This document shows positions 49,586 through 57,759 of a DNA stretch of 64,000 nucleotides, piece after piece (position 1 is the stretch's first letter; each line of letters begins with the position of its first letter). The position numbers and the translations under genes are program-made. Under the pieces are notes generated by a model that was not told the origin of the DNA, did not search any database, and saw only the letters and a list, made by a program, of their open reading frames with translations. This DNA comes from a bacterium (GTDB taxonomy: Bacteria > UBA10199 > 2-02-FULL-50-16 > JAJFLM01), in NCBI GenBank assembly GCA_965216315.1, contig CBDCFN010000016.1:1440001-1504000 (forward strand), read 5' to 3'.

Positions 49586-50083
49586 ATGACAAAATATTTT
49601 ACGACATTATCTCCCTCTGGTCTGCTGGGCTTACTTATCGGAATCGAAGCTTCAAATGCATTTCGGTATCGGGAGTGGGCTGATCGATTTCGTCCCTTTA
49701 ATGAAAAGGTCAGCGCATTATTTGATGAAATGGCAGATTGTGACGACGCTCATTATGATGATTTGTTCGCATTATATACTGAACAGTTCGGCAGTCTGAT
49801 TGCGTCAGATAATTCTCAAGAGATTGATAAGCATACTCAGGACGCAAAAGATGTAGAGGCGCATTTCTTTGTTGTCGATAATACGATGGCCAAGAATATT
49901 CTAACGGCGGCGCTCCACACATTGGCTAAGGCGCGTCATATCTATCAAGCAATCTTATCTAGGTCCCAAAGTACTGTACTGCGTAAGGCATACAAACCAC
50001 ATACTATTTCTGACTCGGGCCATACCCGAAGACTGAAGGATTATTTGCTGGAATTTCAACCGCTCCAACTCAAAGGCACTTAG
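49586..50083 (+). CDS. Degenerate rubrerythrin/ferritin-like protein (MbfA N-domain-like)
   Basis: IEASNAFRY, FDEMADCDDAH and HFFVVD; several di-iron Glu ligands appear lost. Confidence 0.6.
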   Translation: MTKYFTTLSPSGLLGLLIGIEASNAFRYREWADRFRPFNEKVSALFDEMADCDDAHYDDLFALYTEQFGSLIASDNSQEIDKHTQDAKDVEAHFFVVDNTMAKNILTAALHTLAKARHIYQAILSRSQSTVLRKAYKPHTISDSGHTRRLKDYLLEFQPLQLKGT

Positions 50084-50092
50084 ACAGCGTTA

Positions 50093-51277
50093 TCAACCAG
50101 CAAAATGCGGGAGCGAAAACCCTCTCATGGGATTGCGGGGCAACGATAGTTTGAGAAAGCGCTTAACGGTGGTCCGCAGTGTCTGCCCCCAACGACCGCG
50201 TTGATAACGAATGCCGTAACGTTTGCAAATAGCCTCTACCTTAGGCTGTATCTCACGGAGTCGATTGGGAGGTAATTTCGGAAACAAGTGGTGCTCAATC
50301 TGTATGTCCAAGGCGCCGCAGAGAATACTGATGGGGAGAGGCACGTCATAATTATGAGCCGCCTCAACTTGCGCCTTATACCATTCTCCTCGGCCGTGGG
50401 GCTTAAAATCTTTGTCATAATACTTCAAATCATCACCGAAATGACCCGCATAAATAGTCGCTGTGGAATAAATGTTCCGCATCATGTCCGCAGTTAGATT
50501 GCCGGCGAGGACTTTCCACCAAAAAGGACCCGCCAGCACCGGCCAGAGGACAAAGTTGTAGGCCGAATAGGGGATCATTTTTTTTAAGGTTGTTTGGAGG
50601 GCACGGGCCAAGGTTTTAGGTTTTCGGTCCGGCAATATCTTTGCGTAGGATCCGCCCTCACCGGAATGGAATAAGTCAGTGAGTCCCGTGGCATATGTGG
50701 CAATAATCCAGAGAAAGAAGGGGCCTGTCCAGAACAGCTGCGCCACCTGGAGTAAGTGATAAGGAATCCATGGAACTTGCGGAGCGGCCCGCATGATACC
50801 ATAGCTTAAGTCCGGATCCCTTCCCACAATGTTGGTATACTGATGATGCAGAATGTTGTGTTCGTGCTTCCAACTCCCTTCGTCGACCGGGGTCTTCCAT
50901 CTAAAGGAAGCGGAATAAAAGAGTTCGGCACCGGCTAATCCGTCCCAACAGCCATGCAAGGCCGAATGACCGATTTCGGTGGCGTGGAGTTGATTGTGCA
51001 GGGATAACGCAAAGACACCCGCCGACCAGGTCATGGGATCCAGGCTGAAGTGGATGAGGAAGCGACCCACGATTTCGGAGAACCGCGCCACCTGCTCGAT
51101 TTTCTTGATATAGGCCACATCTTCCTCGCCCAGCTTAGCATTGATGTCAGCATGAACCTCATCGAGATCGGCAGCAAAAGCGGCGTATTTTTCCTGTGTC
51201 CACGGAGAATCTGCAGAAATGGCAGCAGGCTTCCTGTGACGGACTTTCTTATGGCGATGGGTCTTGCGCTTATTCAT
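50093..51277 (-). CDS. Acyl-CoA fatty acid desaturase (DesB/DesA3-like)
   Basis: His boxes EIGHSALHG, HNILHH and QIEHHLFP. Confidence 0.92.
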   Translation of the reverse strand: MNKRKTHRHKKVRHRKPAAISADSPWTQEKYAAFAADLDEVHADINAKLGEEDVAYIKKIEQVARFSEIVGRFLIHFSLDPMTWSAGVFALSLHNQLHATEIGHSALHGCWDGLAGAELFYSASFRWKTPVDEGSWKHEHNILHHQYTNIVGRDPDLSYGIMRAAPQVPWIPYHLLQVAQLFWTGPFFLWIIATYATGLTDLFHSGEGGSYAKILPDRKPKTLARALQTTLKKMIPYSAYNFVLWPVLAGPFWWKVLAGNLTADMMRNIYSTATIYAGHFGDDLKYYDKDFKPHGRGEWYKAQVEAAHNYDVPLPISILCGALDIQIEHHLFPKLPPNRLREIQPKVEAICKRYGIRYQRGRWGQTLRTTVKRFLKLSLPRNPMRGFSLPHFAG

Positions 51278-51291
51278 GAGGGCTCCTATTT

Positions 51292-51309
51292 AGTAAACAC
51301 TTGTTTATA
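51292..51309. promoter_or_regulatory. FabR/DesT-type operator
   Basis: Palindrome TAAACA-CT-TGTTTA between the desaturase and the TetR gene; a second AACA-TC-TGTT near 51406. Confidence 0.65.
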
Positions 51310-51446
51310 AAATTGTGGTCTCTCTGACACATAGAGTCAAGGAAATAAGTGAAAAATAGTTTCTAGACAAGGCATTAACCAATATATAGCATGACTCCAT
51401 GGAGCGAACATCTGTTATAATAATGACACCAGGAAAGGAGAAGGCG

Positions 51447-52064
51447 GTGAAGCTGACCCGGACGGAGAAAAGGTCGAAAACACGTCGCGACCTCATTGAA
51501 GCCGCGCTCAGACTGATCGAAAAAGTTGGATTTGCCGGTCTCAGTCTCCGGGAAGTCACGCGCGAGGCGGGTGTCGCTCCGGCAACCTTTTATCGTCATT
51601 TCCATAACATGGATGATTTGGGCTTGGCACTAATTGATGAAGTGGGAATCTCGCTCCGGCAGCTGATGCGGCGTGCACGCAGGCGCGTCGGCGAAACAGG
51701 ACGCATGACGAGTACATCCGTCGACGTGTTCATGGAATTTATCGAGAACAATGGAAATCTGTTCCGTCTGCTCGTGGGAGAGCGTTCCGGGAGCACACCC
51801 GCATTTCGCTCCGCCCTTCGCTCCGAAATGAACCGTTTTATCAGTGAACTGAGAGAGGACTTAAAGCAACAATCTATTAAGTTGAACGCACCCCTAGATG
51901 ATGTGGCGATCGCCGCTCAAGCCATTGTAGCCGTCGTTTTTGCAACCGGCGTTGAGGCACTGGATGCGTCGGCCCAGCAAAATCATCAACTTGCAGAAGA
52001 ACTGATCCGACAGATTCGCATGATCCTTCGCGGTGCTGAACTTATGAGCCTGGATGGATCATAA
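51447..52064 (+). CDS. fabR: TetR-family repressor FabR/DesT
   Basis: LSLREVTREAGVAPATFYRHF..MDDLGLAL...LRQLMR.AR, ERSG; AGGAG then GTG start; divergent from the desaturase. Confidence 0.85.
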   Translation: MKLTRTEKRSKTRRDLIEAALRLIEKVGFAGLSLREVTREAGVAPATFYRHFHNMDDLGLALIDEVGISLRQLMRRARRRVGETGRMTSTSVDVFMEFIENNGNLFRLLVGERSGSTPAFRSALRSEMNRFISELREDLKQQSIKLNAPLDDVAIAAQAIVAVVFATGVEALDASAQQNHQLAEELIRQIRMILRGAELMSLDGS

Positions 52065-52076
52065 GGCAAATTCTCC

Positions 52077-52171
52077 CACCCCATTTTGTGGGTGAAATGT
52101 GGGTGCGCCACTCAAGAATGCTCGGAAACGCTCGGTAGTCCTCGGAATTCCGCCCCTGTAAGTTATTGTTT
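52077..52171 (+). promoter_or_regulatory. attR arm: 18-bp repeat copy 3, tandem TGTGGGTG arm-type sites, CTCGG x3 at 10-bp period (Xis-like), IHF-like site
   Basis: TGTGGGTGAAATGTGGGTG also at 40481-40499; CTCGG at 52121, 52131, 52141; TAAGTTATTGTTT near 52159. Confidence 0.65.
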
Positions 52172-52230
52172 TTAAAGCGAACGTAATTTCATGTTCTAAC
52201 TCGTAAATTGATCAATTCGAACAGATCGAA

Positions 52231-52352
52231 TTGCCAACGTGAATGTCGCGGGTTGGCCCAACATATAAAATAAGATATCGGGTCTCCCGTCTCCCGCTCA
52301 TTAGATTTCAAGGGCTTAGCGCTCAGGCGTTAAGTCCTTTTTTTTCTTTTTG
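52231..52352 (+). repeat. attR: displaced tRNA-Gly 3' half and terminator, with a 30-nt insertion in the T-loop
   Basis: Matches 40390-40482 except that CGAG is replaced by 52255-52284, plus a few changes downstream. Confidence 0.92.
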
Positions 52353-52443
52353 CAAATGAGATAATTAGCAGATAATTTAAGAAGGCTCGCGCACCCCCTT
52401 TACTTGACAAAACGATAAAGCGCGTACATTCAACGGTAAGCAC

Positions 52444-52821
52444 ATGACAAAAATCAACATTACATGGACACAAATCACTTTGGCATTGCTGCTTTTGTCT
52501 CCGGCTCTGACGATACAAGCCGTATTCAGCCCTGGCCATGAATATGAAACAAGCTCAAGAGTCGATACTCAGAAGCATCACCACGAAATTCAAAACAATT
52601 TATATTCTTTTGCAAATACCACCCAATCAACTAAAAACGTTTTCCGTCGTAACCGACCACATCGCCGCGTCACTCAGCGCATCACTAGCTTTCTGTATCT
52701 AAGCGCACCCCCGCCCCCTAAGCTCGTCCAGCTTGATACTTTTAGACCCGGGGAGACTCCAGGCAGTCTCATCAGTCGAGCTAATCTTATTTCGCCTCCT
52801 CAAACAGCCCCTCCCGCATAA
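52444..52821 (+). CDS. Hypothetical protein with signal-peptide-like N-terminus
   Basis: Hydrophobic N-terminus, ends in APPA; sigma70-like TTGACA upstream. Confidence 0.45.
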   Translation: MTKINITWTQITLALLLLSPALTIQAVFSPGHEYETSSRVDTQKHHHEIQNNLYSFANTTQSTKNVFRRNRPHRRVTQRITSFLYLSAPPPPKLVQLDTFRPGETPGSLISRANLISPPQTAPPA

Positions 52822-53012
52822 GCGCAATACGGGAAGCTATCCGATTATGTATAGCTGTTTTGTATAGGTAATTGCGGCAGTTAAATTCTGCGCCATCGCT
52901 CAATTTGCATGAATCTGATCCAAGTTATTAAAGCAGTTTTCCGGATAAGATTTAGCAATCATTGAAACCAATAAGCGGAAGCCTAAATCACTGCCACTAC
53001 TAGGAGATTTCA

Positions 53013-53444
53013 ATGGATAAAATTAGACGAATTATGGTCTGCGTTACACAACAAAAATCATGTGAGCGATTGATTCAAAGAGGATCCGAATTAGCTCATG
53101 ACAAGCACGATAAAGTATATGCCATTCATATAGTTAAGGAGAATTGGCAATACTTCGGGCAACTAAGCGAACCGGATGCCATGGAGTATTTGTATCAGAA
53201 AGCTAAAACCTATGGAGCAGAATTATATGTTTTTAAGGCAAGCGATATTGAGAACACCTTAAGCAACTTTGCAAAGGAATCTCGAATTGACACTATAGTT
53301 ATGGGTGAATCACTGGAATCAAACGCTCAGCAGAGCATGATTCGCAGATTGCAAAAGAAGACCCCCAAAGAAATAGGCTTTGATATTGTGCCATTTGAGG
53401 AGCTGCATCCTAAGCCGACAGGCTCTACTGGTGAGTCATCATGA
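53013..53444 (+). CDS. Universal-stress-protein-like domain protein (KdpD-USP-like)
   Basis: RIMVCV...RLIQRG, YAIHI, FAKESRIDTIVMGES. Confidence 0.8.
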   Translation: MDKIRRIMVCVTQQKSCERLIQRGSELAHDKHDKVYAIHIVKENWQYFGQLSEPDAMEYLYQKAKTYGAELYVFKASDIENTLSNFAKESRIDTIVMGESLESNAQQSMIRRLQKKTPKEIGFDIVPFEELHPKPTGSTGESS

Positions 53445-53477
53445 AATTATTTATTAAAAGAAAGGATCAACCGAAGC

Positions 53478-53768
53478 ATGACTGAGTTTTTTCGAAAAAT
53501 AGGATACTTGGAAGGCATTTCTCTGCTCATTCTTTTGGGAATTGCCATGCCACTAAAGTATGCGTTGGATATGCCTGAAGCTGTTAAGGTCATCGGATGG
53601 ATTCACGGTATTTTGTTCATTGGGTATGTCATACTCTTGGCTATAGTCTCAATAGAGCAAAAGTGGCCGGTAAAAAGAACTGCAGCCGCATTGTTAGCAT
53701 CCGTTCTGCCTTTTGGAACTTTCGTTTTCGACCGGTCATTCACACGCGAAATTTTATACCGATCGTAA
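53478..53768 (+). CDS. DUF3817 family membrane protein
   Basis: LEGISLLILLGIAMPLKY, GWIHGILF, ASVLPFGTF. Confidence 0.88.
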   Translation: MTEFFRKIGYLEGISLLILLGIAMPLKYALDMPEAVKVIGWIHGILFIGYVILLAIVSIEQKWPVKRTAAALLASVLPFGTFVFDRSFTREILYRS

Positions 53769-53770
53769 GG

Positions 53771-53911
<141 letters not shown>

Positions 53912-54047
53912 TCATGGTGGACCTGGGCCAGCTTGAGTACGCTGAACATTCCGCCGGCATGGGCAGTGTGGCTCCACCTAAAGCGACCTAATGCCCAATA
54001 TAAAATGCTATGCTTGCAGTAACCTCAGCGAAAGCTCTTGTTCATCA

Positions 54048-54845
54048 TCAATCTACATGAGTCACGATGTGCGCCGGGGCGTCAAATTCAACAGAGCCAT
54101 CCTGCTGCACAAATTGGGACAATCGTTTAGACGCTTCCCGTTTTAGTTTCTCATACCCCTCGCCATCGATGACATCCGCAAGTGTCCATCCCTTAATGTC
54201 CGTATAAACCCACGAGTCGATCGAATCGAAGCGGGCCTTTCCCATTACCGTTTGCACCGTGACATTAGGAGCGCCGGCTTCGGCAAACAAAGTTTTCAGT
54301 GTGTTCGTATCTCCCAAGGAATAAGGAAATTGAATTGATTGAGCGACTTTTGGACCGAACAACTCGGCCAACATCTCACTCACGGCGGCATAACCGGGCG
54401 TGTCGCCCAATGAAGCCCAAACAGCCACACATAATTTTCCACCTGGGCGCAAGACCCTCAACATCTCCCTGACCGATTGAACGCGATCATTAAAAAACAT
54501 CAAACCGAATTGACTGACGACTCGGTCAAAAGAGTCATCTTCGAACGGCAATGACTCAGCGGCACTGTTTTGCCAGTTAATTTGATTCGACGCGGAACGC
54601 GCGACAGCGAGCATCTCTTCATTAATATCGACCCCCGTCACCACGCCGCTGTCGCCGACAACACGTTGGGCCTCACGAGCTAAAATACCGGTGCCGCAGG
54701 CGACATCTAATACGCTGTGACCCGATTGCACATCGGCTACTTTTAAAATTTGTGGCGGCCAGTCCGCAAATAGCGCCGGTACAAAAAAATTCTCGTAAAT
54801 TTCCGCGGCGCTCTCTGCAACTTGCCCGGTTTCATGTTTGTTCAT
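54048..54845 (-). CDS. Class I SAM-dependent methyltransferase
   Basis: VLDVACGTG, LPFEDDSFD, QFGLMFF, RVLRPGG. Confidence 0.92.
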   Translation of the reverse strand: MNKHETGQVAESAAEIYENFFVPALFADWPPQILKVADVQSGHSVLDVACGTGILAREAQRVVGDSGVVTGVDINEEMLAVARSASNQINWQNSAAESLPFEDDSFDRVVSQFGLMFFNDRVQSVREMLRVLRPGGKLCVAVWASLGDTPGYAAVSEMLAELFGPKVAQSIQFPYSLGDTNTLKTLFAEAGAPNVTVQTVMGKARFDSIDSWVYTDIKGWTLADVIDGEGYEKLKREASKRLSQFVQQDGSVEFDAPAHIVTHVD

Positions 54846-54884
54846 AGCCCCTCCCTGAGAGAGAGATTTATCTCCGTTTACGTC

Positions 54885-55697
54885 CTAATCTTCAACTTCA
54901 AACCCCCATCCCGTCTCCATAAGTGTATCAATGAGAAAATAATCGTGCTGATCCGGCAGTGTATGGCTCCCTCGGGGCGTATAACTGACCATTCTCTCTT
55001 TTGAGATGAGCATTCTTCCCGCGCCGACCAACATCCGCAAAGAAAACGTGCGCTGATTGTCATCCCGCATCTCTTGTTGCCACTTCCACCACAAAGAAGT
55101 TGAAGCAAGTATTCCCGGCACCAGCCAAAGAGGCGGAATAAATTTGCGGGTAAGATATTGATACTGCCCCTGCATCAAGATCTCCGCCGGCGCCCCATCC
55201 GGATCCACGCCCAAGCGTGCTAAGGCATTCGTCCAGTCCGCATAGCTCACGTCACTAATAAATCGATAGTGCGGTATGGCTTCGGTCGTAAACTGCACTG
55301 CATCTCTCAAATAGTCATATTCCTCTCCGTTCGCCACTTCTCCTGCCTGGATATCAACTGATCCATGATCTTCCGGCCCTGTGTCACCGACACCCGAACT
55401 CGCGGAGACTTCAACATATTGACCGTCAAAGTCGCCATTTAAGAGTGCATCGCGAAAACGAAATATGTCTCGCTCCGAATACGGCGTCTCCGTCGCGGCA
55501 CTCAAAGTCTTGAATGAAGTTAATTGTTCTGCCGGACTGAGCTCACTCAGCCGAAAGATTCTCCCCTCTTGAACATAAATATCTTCACCCACTGCGTCGG
55601 CCAATAGTGAGAGAAAATGACTTAGATTAGGCTGAGAGTTCGATCCCGCGGCCAACAAAAAAGGGACCGATGTTGCACAATACACTGCTGTAACCAT
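54885..55697 (-). CDS. Orphan hypothetical protein
   Basis: RBS GGGAG before ATG 55697; preceded by CAAC-N14-GTCGATTT (55761-55736). Confidence 0.65.
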   Translation of the reverse strand: MVTAVYCATSVPFLLAAGSNSQPNLSHFLSLLADAVGEDIYVQEGRIFRLSELSPAEQLTSFKTLSAATETPYSERDIFRFRDALLNGDFDGQYVEVSASSGVGDTGPEDHGSVDIQAGEVANGEEYDYLRDAVQFTTEAIPHYRFISDVSYADWTNALARLGVDPDGAPAEILMQGQYQYLTRKFIPPLWLVPGILASTSLWWKWQQEMRDDNQRTFSLRMLVGAGRMLISKERMVSYTPRGSHTLPDQHDYFLIDTLMETGWGFEVED

Positions 55698-55794
55698 ATG
55701 ATCTCCCGATAGAGCCAATAAAAATTGAATTGGTAAAATCGACCTGATGTCAATAAAGTTGCTACTTTTCAATGCTTAGGAAATACAAAATTGG

Positions 55795-57111
55795 TCAGGC
55801 TGGTGAAGATAACTCTCTCATGTAGAGTTCATAATCAAAGAGCGCCATAATAGTCTGCACGAAAAAATAGCATTCTTGTTCTGGAGACATTCCTAAATCA
55901 ACATTTAATCGAAACCGGACGCGATAGCTGTACAGCATAATATAGGAATCATATCTGTTCGCCAGAAAGGCGGCTATAATACTTGCCGGCGAAGTAATTT
56001 CCATAAAGGGCACTTTATCCCCTGGTTCAGATTCGCTCAAAGTCATCGTTTCCGTCTCAATAAAGTAGGTTTTTTCCGAATGTTTACCCAGGATGCGTAA
56101 CGCAATGACTTGGTCCCTAACATTAAAAGGTAACTGCGCCCGCTTCTTAAAATATTCATATAGTTTCGGCTCCAGGAGCTCCACCTCACCGAAATCAAAC
56201 TTTTTGTTGCGAAGCCCTTTTTGGGTCAGGTGATTTTTATAATGGGTCATAAAGTCCGATAAATTATTCCCCCAAAGATTCTCTTGATGATAAGGCGAGA
56301 CCTTTCCGCTCGCGGAGTGAATGACGTCTCCCGGTTGCATGATCCAACAGACACACTCCGGAAGGCTTTCCTCCAAATATCGCTTAAATTCAGGGGGTGT
56401 CGTCCGACTATATTGATTCAGCTCAAGCTGGTCCTCATTAAAGTAGGAGATTGTATACGAATAAGGGATCACAACTTTAGGCTTTAATATGTTCAAATAG
56501 CCAATGTATCCTTGAACGTGTTCCTTTTCTCTCGCTTGCCTTAAGTCTTGAAGTACCTCCTTGGGGCGAGTGAGAAGCAACGGATATATTTCTTGAATTC
56601 CGGTGTGAGGAAAGAAAGCGTAGTCAATTTGAAAGCGCTCTGCCATCTTCGTAAAAATATCGGAATTAAGCTGGCAGTCATTTTCATGTAATACGGTGAC
56701 ATCTTCCGCCTGAATCACCAAGGCATTATCCACCCCGTTCGGATCCGCATAATTTGTGAGTTGGATACCCTCCGGCAAAGTCACCGTTGATTGATCGGGC
56801 AAGAAAAGCAAGCTCTCAAAACCGTAACTGCGGATCTTATCGGCAAGTCCAGGCTGGTTGCCTGGGAGGATGATCGTGCCGACCTGATCCTTCAAGGCAA
56901 GCATGGTTTCTTTATGACAGTGATCGTCATGAACGTGCGAACAATACAGATAATCAATGCGGCCAAAGTGCTTCTTATCAAGGGAGCGATCGGGGTAATG
57001 GCAGAGGAACTGAGCAGTCAACTCATCAAAAAAATAGAAAGGGTCCGTCAGCAAGGTCGTTCCCCTACTCTTGATAAAGAGAGATGCATGGGTGACGTAC
57101 TCAATATCCAT
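55795..57111 (-). CDS. MBL-fold metallo-hydrolase (UlaG/CMP-NeuAc-hydroxylase-like)
   Basis: THASL, LLTDPY, SHVHDDH, HENDC, LKPKVVIPY. Confidence 0.82.
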   Translation of the reverse strand: MDIEYVTHASLFIKSRGTTLLTDPFYFFDELTAQFLCHYPDRSLDKKHFGRIDYLYCSHVHDDHCHKETMLALKDQVGTIILPGNQPGLADKIRSYGFESLLFLPDQSTVTLPEGIQLTNYADPNGVDNALVIQAEDVTVLHENDCQLNSDIFTKMAERFQIDYAFFPHTGIQEIYPLLLTRPKEVLQDLRQAREKEHVQGYIGYLNILKPKVVIPYSYTISYFNEDQLELNQYSRTTPPEFKRYLEESLPECVCWIMQPGDVIHSASGKVSPYHQENLWGNNLSDFMTHYKNHLTQKGLRNKKFDFGEVELLEPKLYEYFKKRAQLPFNVRDQVIALRILGKHSEKTYFIETETMTLSESEPGDKVPFMEITSPASIIAAFLANRYDSYIMLYSYRVRFRLNVDLGMSPEQECYFFVQTIMALFDYELYMRELSSPA

Positions 57112-57276
57112 AGCGAGCAATGGTTATCTGAGAGGCTCCAACTGTCAACTCTCCTCCCCTTACTGACTCATTGCGTCAGGAAGGGCGCAACAAAACAGCT
57201 TTCTCGAACCCTTCATATCAGTTACCATATACAATAATGTAATCGATACTGCGATTACCAAGTCAAGGAGGATAAA

Positions 57277-57744
57277 ATGTTCCGCACTAGCTTAATTCTT
57301 TCTGCTGTACTTGTCGTTCCAATAATACTCTTTACGGTTAATTCGGCCGAAGCTGAGCTTAGAGTCACTCCTGATCGTGCTCAAAACTGCTTATCACCGG
57401 CACAAGTCAACTCTCTACTTCGGAAATCGGGCCTTCCAGCCGTAAATATTCGCGGTTTTGATCGCGACAATTCGTCCTCCGCCCTATCAAGTTGTAGTTG
57501 CTCTGACCCTTATATCAAAGAGCACTGCAGTATGTGTGGAGCCTGCTCGCAAAGCGGCAACAAATGCGCCTGCACCTGTTTTGGTGGCATAAAAAACCCG
57601 GATGGCGATAGTGGGACTGAGGGAAAAGCAGGCTGCAAGACGAATAGCGATTGCCCTAAAGGACAAAAATGCCGTGATGGTAAATGCGGAGAAGACATCA
57701 TACTCAAGCCCTGTGATGATCCATTGTGTAACATCGACGATTAA
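57277..57744 (+). CDS. Secreted cysteine-rich protein
   Basis: RBS AAGGAGG; signal peptide ending AEA; 15 Cys including CKTNSDCPKGQKCRDGKC. Confidence 0.8.
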   Translation: MFRTSLILSAVLVVPIILFTVNSAEAELRVTPDRAQNCLSPAQVNSLLRKSGLPAVNIRGFDRDNSSSALSSCSCSDPYIKEHCSMCGACSQSGNKCACTCFGGIKNPDGDSGTEGKAGCKTNSDCPKGQKCRDGKCGEDIILKPCDDPLCNIDD

Positions 57745-57759
57745 TCTTCGCAGCACAGT

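Larger units (their letters stand above)
40390..52237. mobile_element. Tyrosine-integrase genomic island inserted at the tRNA-Gly anticodon loop (~11.8 kb)
   Basis: The tRNA 3' half plus terminator (40390-40482) is duplicated at 52231-52352; int and xis lie at the left end. Confidence 0.92.

Noticed and set aside
45122..52094. Integron attC sites
   Set aside because: The 18-mer lacks RYYYAAC/GTTRRRY ends, and the integrase looks phage-type rather than IntI
40390..52237. Prophage or ICE
   Set aside because: No structural, packaging, conjugation or replication genes
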